Origin: Felis catus
Lineage: Eukaryota
DNA: 64,000 nt
Direction of reading: 5' to 3'
Assembly: GCF_018350175.1 (NCBI RefSeq)
Contig: NC_058368.1
Location: 175,834,001 to 175,898,000, forward strand
The notes under the pieces are model-generated. The model saw only the letters and a program-made list of their open reading frames with translations, did not search any database and was not told the DNA's origin. Both the position numbers and the translations under genes were made by a program. This document shows, piece after piece, positions 25,198 to 38,444 of the stretch (positions are counted from its first letter, which is position 1; every line of letters begins with the position of its first letter).

Positions 25198-25745
25198 TTC
25201 TTGTCTCTCTCATGTCTTAACATTCTTTGACTTTTCATTTGGGTTAACAGCACAGAAGTATTTCATTTGCCCTTAGTCCTACCATACAAAAAAGAGTAGT
25301 GTGAATCCAGTAACTGACAACTGGCAACTGGCAATGTTATGAAAGAGACACTGGGGAGTTCTGGGAATTGTACAAAGCTGGAGAGTGTATGTCCCATCTA
25401 AAAGGCCAAGTATTGTAGCAAGTTGTTAGGATTTTTCAAAGAGATAAAATCCAAATTTTAATGAGATATCTTCTGATTATTAGAGGCTGGAGACTAATTT
25501 TTTGTAATGTGCAAGCCCAAACTATAGGCCAAAATATCAGGTTTGGCCCTCAGGCCATAAAGGTCTGTCACCCCTACATTTCACAAGTGATCACATCATG
25601 TACCTGTATGGACATGTTACAGCCACAGCTCACAACCCACCCTGAATGTCAGTCATCTGGAGGGCCCTTAAGACTGCAGAGTCCCAGACCCCACATCAGA
25701 TCTGCTGAACAAGAAAGCCTCTAGGCTGGGCCTCTGGGACCTGAG

Positions 25746-26197
25746 CTTTTTTTTAATTGTTAGTTATTTTTATTTTTTTAAGTTTATTTACTTATTTATT
25801 TTTTTCATTCATTCATTCATTCATTAATTCATTCATTCATTTATTTTTAAAAATTTGCATCTAAGTTAGTTAGCATATAGTGTAACAATGATTTCAGGAG
25901 TAGATTCCATAGTGCCCCTTACCCATTTAGCCCACCCCCCCCCACAACCCCTCCAGTAACACTCTGTTTTTTCTCTATATTTAAGAGTCTCTTATGTTTT
26001 GTCTGTTCCCTGTTTTTATATTATTTTTGCTTCCCTTCCCTTAGGTTCATCTGTTTTGTCTCTTAAAGTCCTCATGAGTGAAGTCATATATTTGTCTTTC
26101 TCTGACTGACTAATTTCGCCTAGCATAATTCCATCCACATAGTTGCAAATGGCAAGATTTCATTCTTTTTCATTGCTGAGTAATACTCCATTGTGTG

Positions 26198-26247
<50 letters not shown>

Positions 26248-27787
26248 ACATCTTCTTTATCCATTCATCTCTTGATGGACATTCGGGCTCTTTCCATACT
26301 TTGGCTATTGTGATAGCACTGCTATAAACATTAGGGTGCACGTGCCCCCTCGAAACAGCACACCTGTATCCCTTGGATAAATACCTAGTAGTGCAATTGC
26401 TGGATCGTAGGATAGTTCTATTTTTAATTTTTTAAGGAACCTCCATACTGTTTTCCAGAGTGGCTGCACCAGTTTAACTTCCCACCAGCAGTGCAAAAGA
26501 GATCCTCTTTCTCCGCATCCTCGCCAACACCTGCTGTTGCCTGAGTTGTTAATGTTAGCCATTCTGACAGGTGTCAGGTGGTATCTCATTGTGGTTTTGA
26601 TTTGTATTTCCCGGATGATGAGTGATGTTGAGTATTTTTTCATGTGCCGGGTGGCCATCTGGATGTCTTCTTTGGAGAAGTGTCTATTCATGTCTTTTGC
26701 CCATTTCTCCACTGGACTATTTGTTTTTTGGGTGTTGACTTTGAGAAGGTCTTTATAGATTTTGGATACTAACCCTTTATCTGATATGTCGTTTGCACAT
26801 ACATTCTCCATTCTGTCACTTGCCTTTTAGTTTTGCTGATTGTTTCCTTCGCTGTGCAGAAGCTTTTTATTTTGATGTGGTCCCAATAGTTCATTTTTGC
26901 TTTGGTTTCCCTTGCCTCTGGAGACTTGTTGAGTAAGAAGTTGCTGTGGCCAAGGTCAAAGAGGTTTTTGCCTGATTTCTCCTCTAGGATTTTGATGGCT
27001 TCCTGTCTTACGTTTAGGTCTTTCATCCATTTTGAGTTTATTTTTGTGTACAGTAAGAAAGTGGTCCAAATTCATTTTTCTGCATGTTGCTGTCCAGTTT
27101 TCCCAGCACCATTTGCTCAAGAGACTGTCTTTATTCCATTGGATATTCTTTCTTGCTTTTCAAAGATCAGTTGGCCATACATTTGTGGGTTTCTGGGTTC
27201 TCTATTCTGTTCCATTGATCTGAGCGTCTGTTTTTGTGCCAGCACCATATGTCTTGATGATTACAGCTTTGTAATACAGCTTGAAGTCTGGGATTGTGAT
27301 GCCTCCAGCTTTGGTTTTCTTTTTCAAGATTGTTTTGGCTATTTGGGGCCTTTTCTGTTCCATACAAATTTTAGGATTGTTTGTTCTAGCTCTGTGAAGA
27401 ATGCTGGTGTTATTTTGATAGGGATTGCATTGAATATGTACATTGCTTTGGGTAATATTGACATTTTAACAATATTTGTTCTTCCTATCCAGGAGCATGG
27501 AATCTTTTTCCATTTTTTTGTGTCTTCTTCAATTCCTTTCATAAGCTTTCTATAGTTTTCAGTGTATAGATTTTTCACCTATTTGGTTAGATATATTCCT
27601 AGGGATTTTATGGCTTTTTTGTGCAACTGTCAATGGGATCAATTCCTTGATTTCTCTTTCTGTTGCTTCATTATTGGTGTATAGGAATGCAACCGATTTC
27701 TGTGCATTGATTTTATATCCTGCAACTTGGCTGAATTCATAGATAAGTTCTAGAAGTTTTTTGGTGGAATCTTTTGAGTTTTCCATA
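25746..27787 (-). mobile_element. 5'-truncated carnivore L1 (ORF2 C-terminal half, 3'UTR, A-rich tail)
   Basis: Frameshifted minus-strand ORFs match L1 ORF2p ([96 protein letters not shown]); T-rich tail 25746-25850. Confidence 0.95.
26204..26245. repeat. (TA)n microsatellite inside L1
   Basis: About 21 TA units. Confidence 0.95.
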
Positions 27788-27988
27788 TTTTTTTTAACAT
27801 TTGTTTATTTTTGAGAGACAGAGTGCAAGCAGGGGAGGAGCAGAGAGAGATGGAGACAGAATCTGACCCAGGCTCCAGGCTCTGAGCTGTCAGCACAGAG
27901 CCCGATGCGGGGCTCGAACCCATGAACCGTGGGATCATGGCCTGAACTGAAGCCAGATGCCCACCCGACTGAGCCACCCAGGCACCCC
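27788..27988 (-). mobile_element. CAN-SINE fused to the 5' end of the truncated L1
   Basis: Reverse full-length SINE; its A tail runs directly into L1 ORF2 sequence. Confidence 0.93.
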
Positions 27989-28599
27989 CTGGGACCTGAG
28001 ATTTTTAAAAGCTCCTAGATAATTCTGGTGCACCAGGTCCCTTGACAGGTTTGGAAAACACAGTATTAACTCCTCCCCTCTGCAGACTGTGGGCTTGTCA
28101 GGGGGGTGAGGGAGCCATATCTTATCCACCCATGTTTTCCTAGTACCAGCACAAAACTAACACAGACTAGGTGCTCTTTAAACATTTACTCAAACTGAAT
28201 CACCAGAAAGGTTGAAGCAGTAATTGTTTCCAGGCTTTTCTCTTGGATCTCATTTAAAAAAAAAAAAAAAAATCTCTGTGGTATTTGGTTGTAACATTCT
28301 TCTATCAACTCCAAGGTTTCTTGGAAGAAAGATAGCTGTGGAAGGCAGGGGAAGGGATGGTGGGCAAGTTGCATTATTGCCACTTTGAATAAAAGGAGAC
28401 AGTCTGTGATGAGGTTTTAGTTCAGGAAAGGCCAGAGAGCCTCAGCTCTCACCAAGCCCTCTCCTGGATAAGACTTCCTCTGGCTCCCTGCAGGGCAAAT
28501 AAATTATGGCTTCATCTTGCACGGGCTGTCCTGAGGAAGAGGTGTTCCTTCGGCATCATTTATTGACTCTAGCAAATTTTAAATCCACCCACACGTCTT

Positions 28600-29010
28600 T
28601 CCAGGAGTTCCACGTCTGTAAAATTCCTTTCCAGATATGTTGGGACAAAGGCACAAAGGTGCAGGAACAAGACTGTTTGCTGCAGCATTGTTGGAAGGAG
28701 TGGAATTGTGGACAAACCCTAAGTGTCCACCAATGGGGCACGGCTGGAACTGACCGTGGCCCATCAGCACGACAGAAGACCAGTCAGCAGATCGCTCCTA
28801 TTCGTCTCTGTCATGGCCACTCACTCAAGCCCTCCACAGTTCTCTCTGCCACGTGCATTTACCTGGTCCCTGTTTATTTCTGGTCTCCAACTCTGGATTA
28901 TGATTTACCCAGAAAGAAGCACCGTGCATGCTTTAAGGATAGATACGCAGCTACAGATACTGACAAAATGCCCACAATATAGTGCTAAGGGGCAGAGGAG
29001 TTCCGGAATG
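28600..29010 (+). mobile_element. Old L1 (L1ME-like) 3' fragment
   Basis: GTTTGCTGCAGCATTGTT...GACAAACCCTAAGTGTCCACCAATGGGG...CTGGAACTGA. Confidence 0.55.
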
Positions 29011-29189
29011 GTATGTATGTCGCAGAGTTCCAGCAGCCTGCAGAGGACATACTCAAGAGTGTGCAAAGGTGTGAAAAGGGTGTCGTGAAGAAGTTGGTGT
29101 GGTGCTGGGGCAAGGGTAAGAGGACCAGCGTGGGGTGTGAAGCATCTGGGAAGCAGCAACAGCAGGAAGTCACTGTCTGCCTCCGCCTC

Positions 29190-29480
29190 AGGGGACAAGG
29201 GAGGGCCTCAGGTCCCCGGAGTCCAGGGGTAGCTGGACTGGGAGAGAAAGGCCCAACGTGGCCTGTGGCCTCAGGGAGTCTGACCACTTCGAGAACCACA
29301 GGGAGGTAACGCAGAAGCTGAAGGGGAGAAAGGGGTACATACTTCAGCCTCTTCTCTTCTGGCCCTCCTGTCTCCTGCTAGTGCTGCCCATCGGTCACCC
29401 CACCCGGAAGCCAGAGCCCATGGGAGCCAAGGTGCTGCTGTCCATCGGACACAGAGCAGGGTAGAGAAAGATGGAGAAAA
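29190..29480. mobile_element. ERVL LTR remnant (LTR33-like)
   Basis: CCTCCTGTCTCCTGCTAGTGCTGCCCATCGG...CCCGGAAGCCAGAG...GGGAGCC. Confidence 0.5.
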
Positions 29481-29984
29481 GCCTCCAGAAACGTTATTTG
29501 ATCTCATTTGTATAAATGAGGACACCGCAAAGCACCCAACAGCGGCTTTCTCTGAGGGTGGAATTCGGGGTGGAGAAGAGATTAGAAAGGAGGGTTGGAC
29601 TTCATACACTCTTGTACTCTGGGAATCTTAAACAATGAGCAGGAGGTATCTTTAGAAGAAAAACGTGTCATCATTAACTCTGTAGTGCTGGACCCTAAAA
29701 TGAAAAAAAGAAAAAAATCTTTCTTGACCCTGGAGACCAGGTGGGGTCCCTCTGAGATATTTCCCAGCGCTGGGAAGGGAAAACTGTAGGGACAGAGGCA
29801 TGGAAGGTAGAAATCAGACAGGGCATCAGGAACAGCCAGCAGGATATTGTGGCTGTGGTGTGGGCTGGCTGTGGCTGTGCTGTGCTGTGGGCAGGCAGTC
29901 TGAACCCAGATATGTAGATCACTACACAACCCGAAGGGTGTTGAATGTCAGGAAGAGGGGACTCTTTCTTGTTTAGAGGGTGCT

Positions 29985-30190
29985 GTGCCTCCAGGAGCTT
30001 ACTTCCAGCTCTGTCTTTTGGCTGTGGATCCTTGGGCAATTTACATGACATCTCTGAGCCTCAGTTTCCCCATGAGGAAGAAGAGACTAATGACCCACCC
30101 TAACCTCACAGGATTGCAGGAGTAAACTATATGTTGGCATGGTACCTGGTACCTAAAAAACCTTCAATTAATCATGGTATTATGACTGTT
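29985..30190 (+). mobile_element. MIR SINE
   Basis: CCAGCTCTG...GCTGTGGATCCTTGGGCAATTTAC...TCTCTGAGCCTCAGTTTCCCCAT. Confidence 0.75.
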
Positions 30191-31254
30191 GTTGTTAACA
30201 TAGGTCAAGCTCACCGTGGATGCTAACCTGTGGCCCATCTCTCAGCTGGGACCCCAGAGCAGGCAAGGTAAAGGCCCCGGGGTCCTCCCATTGGAGGAGT
30301 CAACACTGCATTCTGTGGTCACACCGTGTCCCCCCAACCCGGGCCAACTGTCTGACAGTCTATAAACAGATGAGCAGGCGGGGTGGCCAGTGAGATAGTG
30401 CAGATAGCACTGAGCAAATCCAGCTGCACTTTTGGGAAAACAAGTCAGAAGTGATGGGGGGCCCCGTGGACATCTTTCTCTGTGACAGCATACCCCGGGA
30501 GGCCTCCAAGAGAAATCATGAGATGTACCAGACCATGATGTGCCTCGCCAAGAACTATCTCCACCCTCGATTTCCATGGCCCATATCCACAGAGACATTG
30601 CAGACTGCCGGAGGTCACCCTGGCAGGGCTCACAGCAGAGACTATCTATGTAGGCTCTCAAAGGTCTGCTATCTCAAAGACCTTTGCCTTCTTGGCTTCC
30701 TTCCCTGAGTCCTTGCCTGTCTTCTGGCTTCTTCCCACTTCATTCACCTATGTTCCTCCCTGCTGGGATCCTTGGGACAGACACACATCCAGGAATACAT
30801 AGCTATCCGAACACAGAGCTGCCCACATGGGGCCACCCATGCCAGAGTGTCCTGGGGGGACCTTTGGGTAGAAAGTCAGAGTCTGGCTTGGGCTGGAGTC
30901 GGGGGAGGGCTCACCTTTACAGCTATGTGCCCTGGTACCTTCTCCAAGATCTCTGCCTCTGCTGTTTCTTAACTTGTTCCTTGAACCAAGCAAGCTCTGC
31001 CAAGACGCCGGGCCTTTGCATTCCTCTTTCTTCTTTACCCAGCTGACTTCTTCCCATCTGCCAAGGGCTCATGCACACATCATATGCTCTGAAAGCCTTA
31101 TCTATTCTTGGCAGCATTAATAAGTTCCTCCTTTGTGCCTTCACAGCACTTGGTACATGCTGCGTCTGCTCTATGGCACTATCATATTCTCCTGCCGTGT
31201 TTGAGACTACCCACAGCTCCACAATACACACAAGGGGCACGCATGTGTGTGCAT

Positions 31255-31298
<44 letters not shown>
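31255..31298. repeat. (CA)n microsatellite
   Basis: About 21 CA units. Confidence 0.97.
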
Positions 31299-31299
<1 letters not shown>

Positions 31300-32816
31300 A
31301 ACTTTCTTCACCTCCTATTCTAAGGTTGATTCCGAAGCTTTATGTAAAGAAGTGGGTGCTCTTGATTTTCACCATGAATTGGCACGGCCATTCAGAGGAT
31401 ATGTGGGTTTACACCAACACTGTGCCAACAGCGACATGCACATTAACAGTGCTCGTTACCACTATTACTAACGATGAGAGCAAACATTTACATCGATGGG
31501 GGGGGGGGCGGCACTGTGCTTATTACGTTGCAAGCATTCTCTCCAATCTTGAGGATAATCCCATCGGGTAGCTGCCCTTATGTTATAGCTAAGAAACCCG
31601 CAGCTCAGAGATGAAAAGGGACTTTCTAAGTCAGTCCCCAGCTAGAAAGTGGCTGTCCCGGCTCACAAATCCAAGTGTGGCTCCAGGGATGACATCCCCT
31701 CCCAAGTCCTCTGCTCTCAGGCTTCCTTTCTAAGCAGCAGGTGGCCTTCCCGGTCCCTGTCATGTCCACACCGCAGCTGCCCAATTTGCACGAAGCCAGT
31801 GCTCCCCAACTTGTGTGACGGAACAACAGCTTCTCTGGGGATCTGTGTGCCGCCGACAGAAGCCTCCTCCGTCTTCCTGCTTCTGCTGTCCTCTTGTGCT
31901 GCTCTCCGTGTTTATTCTGACTTATTGCCACTGGAAAGCTCTCGGTTTCCCTGTCTCCCGCAGTCATCCAGGCCTTCCTTTGTGAACGTGTCCGGCAATG
32001 TCACCACGTGTTCTTGGAGTCTTCCTCAGCAACCAGTCAGGCCCACACTGATCCCTGCTTCCTTTCCTACTGCACCCAGTAGGCGGGAGTGCTGAAGGTT
32101 GTCACCCGGGCCTGAGAGCTGGAGCAGTAACTCTGAAGCCCAGCTGCCTGGGTCAAAGGCCAGCTTTGCCACTTGCTACCCTGGTCACCTTGAGCAAGCG
32201 TGCTCTGCCTCAGAGCCCTGTGTCTTTCCTCTATTTAGGGATAATACAAGGACCTCCCTGCTAGGGCCACCATAACGAGAAAAGGGGATGGTCAGCACAG
32301 AGAGCTTAGCGCAGGCCCTCTCGCATAGGAAGCACGCATTGAAAACTCACTTAAAGTATTAAAAAAGCATTTATGCACCAGGCAGTTTTCACAGGAGGCC
32401 GGAGGAGGGGGCCCAGACCACAAACAGGTTACGCTGACCCAACGTGTCAGTGCAGGGACGGAAAGAACCATGGAATGGCACTCACCCATCGTCCCTGAAG
32501 ATCGTCGTCTCCAGAAGAGATGGACCACTTAACTGTAAAGGACAGCACGCACCACTTCACCTTTGTCGTGCCCTTGTTATGGGTTATCCTGACATTGCTT
32601 CTCACATAAATGTATTTTGTCTCTCCCAACTGGAAGTTTTCTCAACCGGATGGCGCTTACCATGTCTTATCCCTTCACTTTTTCACTCACAGCCCACCTT
32701 TGGGTCTCACATTGCATCACTGATACCTGGATTCTCCTGAAGATCTGGTTGTCTCCCCTAATATTTAGAAGAGGAGAAAGGAAGAAGAGAGCACGCTTTT
32801 AAAGAACACCTGCCTC

Positions 32817-33033
32817 GGGGTGCCTGGGTGGCGCAGTCGGTTAAGCGTCTGACTTCAGCCAGGTCACGATCTCGCGGTCTGTGAGTTCGAGCCCCGCGTC
32901 GGGCTCTGGGCTGATGGCTCGGAGCCTGGAGCCTGTTTCTGATTCTGTGTCTCCCTCTCTCTCTGCCCCTCCCCCGTTCATGCTCTGTCTCTCTCTGTCC
33001 CCAAAATAAATAAACGTTGAAAAAAAAAAAAAA
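32817..33033 (+). mobile_element. Young feline CAN-SINE
   Basis: GGCGCAGTCGGTTAAGCG...CAGCCAGGTCACGATCTCGCGG subtype; TSD GAACACCTGCCTC at 32804 and 33035. Confidence 0.97.
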
Positions 33034-34054
33034 GGAACACCTGCCTCAACACCAATGTCTCACCTGCATTACCAGTTTTCATCCGCACAGTAGCTCCTCG
33101 AGGTAATTGTGCTATCACTCCCATTTTACAACTGAGAAAGCTAAAGTTCAGAGAGGAAACTTACCCAAGCTGAAATAACGAGAGATGACATGACTGGAAT
33201 CCGTTCCCAGGGTCATCTTAGCCCTAAGCCCCCCCACCCCACCCCCAAATGCCCAAACTGCCATTTTCAAGCTGTGGATGAAATTTAAAAAGAAGAAGAA
33301 CCTCAGGTCGGGTGATAGAAGGAAATTGGGTTGGGCCACAGTGGCCTCTGCAGCCATTTTCATCTACATCAGTCCCCTATCATCTCTCTGATCATCTCCA
33401 GTGTCAGTAATCAACCCACACATTAAAAGAGTCGCTTCCCATGAGCGGAGTAGCCATTATATCTGCTTTCCTAAGTTCCATTCAAGAAGCTGAAATCCAG
33501 TTGCCTCCCTTTATTTCTCCCCCCGAAACTGCCTTCTGGCCTGGATGGAGTGCCTGAGTGCTGGAAATCATACCACATTTCTTGGCAGGATTTTCACCTT
33601 GGCCTTCCCAAGGCCCTTCTCACCCACCACCTGCCAAACCAGGGACATGCGTCCAAAGGGGTAGAGGTGACCGGTCAGCCCCACCAGAACCGAGTCAATA
33701 TAACTCACTGCCCAAGACTTAATTTAGAACCCCCCTTCCCGCCACCATGTACCTTGGCGTTGACGTTTGTGGCTATCTGTCTGGCATCGGGACTTCTGCC
33801 AAGGTTATTTTAACGCTGACTGACACCTCTGTCTATTCTGGGAGAATATCTCTGGAGAAAAGCAGCCCGTGCCCAGGTCTCAAGACCTCTGGAATGTAAT
33901 GTTGGCCTGTCCGCAGTATACTGGCTTTCTGGGTGGAGATCTCTATCGTGTACTCTACGGAGACCTGGGGAGATTTTTTTCCTCCTCTCACACGTTAGGG
34001 GAACCTACATGTTCTCAGCCTCTGCTGCTGACCCCCATGTTTAACCAATCCATC

Positions 34055-34425
34055 TACCAAAATAAACCGCAAAAAGGCATGAAGTGCCGATACATGTCAC
34101 AACATGGATGAACCCCAAAACACTAGGCACAGTGGAAGAAGCCAGACACAAACAAACGGTCGCATATGGTACAATTCCATTTGTAGGAAACAGATCGGCA
34201 AATCCGTAGGGATGGAAAGCAGATTGGTGTTTACGTGGGCCGGGGGGGAGAGAAATGAGGAGTGACTGCTTAAAGGGCATGGGGGTTTTCTTTGGGAGTG
34301 ACGAAAACGGTTTGAAATGAGATAGAGGTGCTGTTTGCACAACATCGCGAAGGCACTAAATGCCACTGATACTTCAAAATGGTTAATTTCACCTATTTGA
34401 AGTTCACCCCAATTTTTAAAAATAG
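34055..34425 (+). mobile_element. L1MB-like 3' end
   Basis: ACAACATGGATGAACC...GAAGCCAGACACAAA...GGAGTGACTGCTTAAAGGGCATGGGG...CACTAAATGCCACTGA...AAAATGGTTAATTT. Confidence 0.8.
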
Positions 34426-34974
34426 CCAAACTATCGCAGAAAAGGTTTGCTGTGGCTGAGAGCGTCACCTACATACACCAGGATACAAAATGAATACAGT
34501 AAGAAGTCAGGACAAAAGGGAAATGGGGACAGGAAAAGAAAACGAATCCTGGGTGTGGTTAACATGCAAACTGCAAGCCTTGAGCTGTCATTTGATTATA
34601 AGAAGTGGCTGTAAATTCAACAGGAGCTTCCCAGCAGCTGAAGCAAAATGGAAGAAATGAGTCCTTCCAAAATCTGCACAGTAAAGAATGGAATGTGTCA
34701 GAGGTATGCAGAAAATGCTCTACTGAAGGCTGGAAGAATTTTCTCCTATGAATCCCTGAAGGGGACCACTTTAGAGATGGGCTCCCACTGACAGCGTCTC
34801 CTGCAGCGCTCCTCTGCCCGGCCATGCACACACCAAGGCCCAAACATCAGCCCCTTCCTATAAGAAGCAGGCTTGGCAAACCTTCCAGCCTTTCCCTCCC
34901 GAGCCCACAAAGAGAACAACCCCATTCAGAAAACTGTGGGAACCACAGACCCCCAAACTAAACCAGGAATGCTG

Positions 34975-35480
34975 TCTACTCAGTTCACCTACTATTTGCT
35001 GGGCACCTACTACTGTGCCCAGGCTGTCTTAGGCCCTGGGGATACCATGGTTGCAAAGTAAGCCTCAAGAAACTTACCTTCTAGAATGGGAGATAGACAT
35101 TATTGCTTTTCAAATCACATAAATGTGTCTTTATTAACAGTGTTCAGGATGAAGAAAAAGCAGAGGAAAGGATGTGAGCAGCTAACAATGGAAGGACTGA
35201 TCACGGTGGCATTTAGGAGAAGGCTTCTCTTGAGATGGTGATTTTGAGATAAGATCTGGAGAAGAGTTCAACCGGCACAGAGAAGGGAAGGCTTTCAGAT
35301 GGAGGAAAGAACATGAGCAAAGGCCCTGAGATGGGAGGGAGGAGGCCAGAGGGTGCTGGGAAGTGACAGAGAATCGGTGCCACTGAGGCAGAGTGTGACA
35401 GAGAAAGAAAAGAGAGAAGAGGCAAAGGGATGGACAGAAGACAGATCTTCGCAGGCTCAGGAGGAAGAGAGGAATGTTCA
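34975..35480 (-). mobile_element. L2 LINE 3' remnant
   Basis: TATTTGCTGGGCACCTACTACTGTGCCCAGGC...GAAGGCTTCTCTTGAGATGGTGA...CAAAGGCCCTGAG. Confidence 0.75.
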
Positions 35481-35869
35481 GGTTCAGTTGCACTGATGCC
35501 CACTCTGGGGTGTAGAGAGCCATGGAAAGATGGCCACTCAGGTGGGGAAGGAAGCTGGTTCCGAGGACTGGTTTCACCTACCAGTCCCCAGGTGCAGGAA
35601 GGAAGATTCCAGAATGAACAGGCCCTTGTCCTACTGTTAATATGGGGCTGGAAAGTTCTTACTCTCTCCTGGAGAACCTTCTTTGGCTATGCCTCTACGT
35701 ATCAGTGGCCTGTGTACCCAAAGCGTTGTTAATTCTTCTTTAATGTTTACCTCTAATATCTGCAGGATCTTTCCTCACATCCCTGGAAGTCTGGAGAATG
35801 CTCCTGGCTTCCACAGCAACCATTCACTGGGCCTTTTGTTACATGGTAGACCCTTTGGACATCACAAGT

Positions 35870-36030
35870 GCCACGTGAGACAGGCATTATTAGCTCTGTT
35901 TTACAGATGAGAAACTGGAGACGGAGAGGTTAGAGTGTTTGCTTGTGGTGACTCAGGTAGAAAGTGGAAAATCCAGATTTGAGCCCAGGTCTTCCTGACC
36001 CTTCAAACTGCTGCCTTTTGAACTATAGTT
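35870..36030 (-). mobile_element. MIR SINE
   Basis: TTTTACAGATGAGAAACTGGAGACGGAGAGGTTA...GATTTGAGCCCAGGTCT. Confidence 0.8.
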
Positions 36031-37213
36031 CACTGACTGTCTAGTAACCCCTGGGGTCATCCATGGTATTCCCTCAAGGGATCTCAGTCTTCGGGTTCAT
36101 CTATATCTCCAGCCACCTGGCAGACTTTAAGACAGGCACTGGATTATGCTTTTCTTTTAAAATAAGGGAGTTGTCTGGCTTAGGGTTTCCAAAATGCATT
36201 CCTCAACATTTTAATCACTCAAGGTTCTCCGCGAAAAAGAGACCCCATGATCAAATCCACTGGAGAAACCTGGCATACTCAATCTCCCTCTTGGTGATTC
36301 ATAATATGGGTGGGGCTTTGAAAAATTTCATACAGTCTACTATTCTCCACACCTATCTGACCATGGAGTCCTCTTGGTGTGCAATTCCTAAGATCATTCT
36401 AGGAAACTATCGTGCCAAAGCACACATGGTCCAAAGCACAGTCTTAAACACTCAAGCACTGACTGAATGTATCATTCTGGGCTCTAGAAAAAAAAAAATG
36501 CAAATGGTCAAGATAAATGGATCCTTCCATCAAAGAAACCCTACTCTGGCAGGTGACAAAAGCATATCAACAATGAACTGTCGTGTCATATGCTAAATGC
36601 CTAAACTGTGCCAAGGTGCTTACTGGATGAGGGAGAGCTGGGAAAGATGTGAGAGTAGGGAACTAATATAACCCAGCAGAAGGAGCAATACATCCTCTGT
36701 GGGTGGAGAGGCATGGCAGTGGTCAGAAGAACCTGAAAGAAGAGGTCACCAAATGGTGTCTTGGAAGATAAGCCAAAAGGGAAAGTGGGAGAGGAGATGA
36801 TGGAAACTTTAGAGTCAAGGAAATGGATCAGCCGAGGCACAGGATGTTCAGGAAATGGGAAGTAATTTGGCAACAATGAATGGAAACCCAGGGAGTAGGT
36901 TGGGATATGGACCCAGGTGCTCTCTAAGAGAACATTCTCCCCTGAGAGACTATGAGTCTGTGACCCAGGGACCCTCACCACTTTCTCTTTTCTTGTCTGT
37001 GACACAATTAGAATTCCTAGTCTAGATTTTCTGACCACACTCTGCTGCGCTCCAAGTGTTCAGTCAGCCAAACTCTAACCCAGAAAGAATGGAGACACAA
37101 AGATCAGAGAGTAAACATTCATCTCTGAATTTCCCTCCCAGTTTTCCTTAACTGGGTTTCCAAAGGTTATCTGTGGCTCTACTTAACAGGAATATTTAAG
37201 GATCCAAGGAACA

Positions 37214-37307
37214 AAATGACTACACAACTAAATGACTACACAACTAAATGACTACACAACTAAATGACTACACAACTAATGACTAACAACTAAAATGACT
37301 TACACAA
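37214..37307. repeat. 16-bp tandem repeat (AAATGACTACACAACT)n
   Basis: Four perfect copies at 37214-37277 plus two degenerate copies. Confidence 0.95.
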
Positions 37308-38444
37308 TATTTTTCTCCTGTGGGACAAGAAGAGCAAGGGTAAGGTGGAAATGCTGGTCTCTGGGGGTTGCCCCCTAACCCACAATGCCCTAATTTCAGG
37401 TATCTGCCCCAGAGCAGTTCAGTCATCTGGTAAACCCAACTCCCACCATAGCCCTCTCCATCACCAAGGAAGAAGTTTGTTTTTCCCACATGATATACCT
37501 GTAGGTAGAATGTGCTGGTTATAATTCAGCAGCTCAGTGATGTCAGGACCACTGTCTCCGCAATTCTCTTTCCTTTTCCATCTTATTTGCAAGATGTCCG
37601 CTATGGCTCCATCTATCATGTCTGCGCTCAAGGTAGAAATAAGGGAGAAGGCAGAAAATACACACCTTACACAGAGCTCACAAAGCTCCCCCACGTGCAC
37701 GTGTCCAGAATATGTTCTGTAACTGCCCCTAGTTGCAGAGACGCGTGAGGAAGGGAGTGCATCCCTGGGGATCGAGTTCATTGTTGCTCTGCACAAAACC
37801 AAAGTGCTGTCGGCAAGGGAGGGAGACAAAGATACAGCGTCGGTCATAAACAGAGCCTGCCATCCACGGGCAACGTAAGCATACCGCACTGCCGGGTGGA
37901 ATTCTTGGTGTGGGCCCAATGACAGAGCTCAGCCCCCATAAAATGATTGCTTCTTGGACATTTCTGCAAACCACTCGTTTCCCTTCAGGTTAATGCAAAA
38001 AGGAATTTTTCTGTTTAGAAGACTTAAGTGGACTCTGTGGGAATTTAAGGGTTTCTTTAAAAGGCCTCAGGAAAAAGGCACAACTAATTATGTGCCGTAA
38101 ACATAACACACAGCAAACGCTGCCCAGGGTACTCAGAGTACAGGACAGCCTGTGCTCTTGAGGATGCTGTGCTCCACCTCTCTCAGCAGAAGCCGGACAC
38201 CAGCAGCATCATTTAGAACCTGCCATATTTCCCTTGGGGGTGGGGTGGGGATGGGACTTTGAAGATTCAAAACAGAGGCACAGAGAATGAAGGACAGAAA
38301 GACTGGGGAGGTCTGCTGGGTGTAAAATTATAGTTGTGTCTCTCTTTGAGTTTTGCCTTCCTGTTTCCTAACATATCTTCATAATGAAGGCTCAGTTCCC
38401 CCCCTCTCATCCTGCCCTTCATCTGGAGTCCTCAAGATAGGATA

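Larger units (their letters stand above)
25635..28075. mobile_element. MER5-type DNA transposon split by the SINE+L1 insertion (halves ~25635-25745 and ~27989-28075)
   Basis: TCATCTGGAGGGCCC...CCCCACATCAGATCTGCTGAAC on the left continues as ATTTTTAAAAGCTCCTAGATAATTCTG...TTTGGAAAACAC on the right. Confidence 0.6.

Noticed and set aside
26120..27786. Several protein-like ORFs on the minus strand
   Set aside because: Frameshifted pieces of L1 ORF2p, not a host gene; the 217-aa plus-strand ORF is L1 antisense
30923..31571. His/Thr- and Cys/Val-repeat ORFs
   Set aside because: Translation of a (CA)n microsatellite
36063..37038. 177-aa and 145-aa ORFs
   Set aside because: Span apparent old DNA-transposon and L2 remnants; no protein-family signal
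37214..37307. Regularly spaced repeat as possible CRISPR-like array
   Set aside because: Units are contiguous with no spacers and the DNA is mammalian
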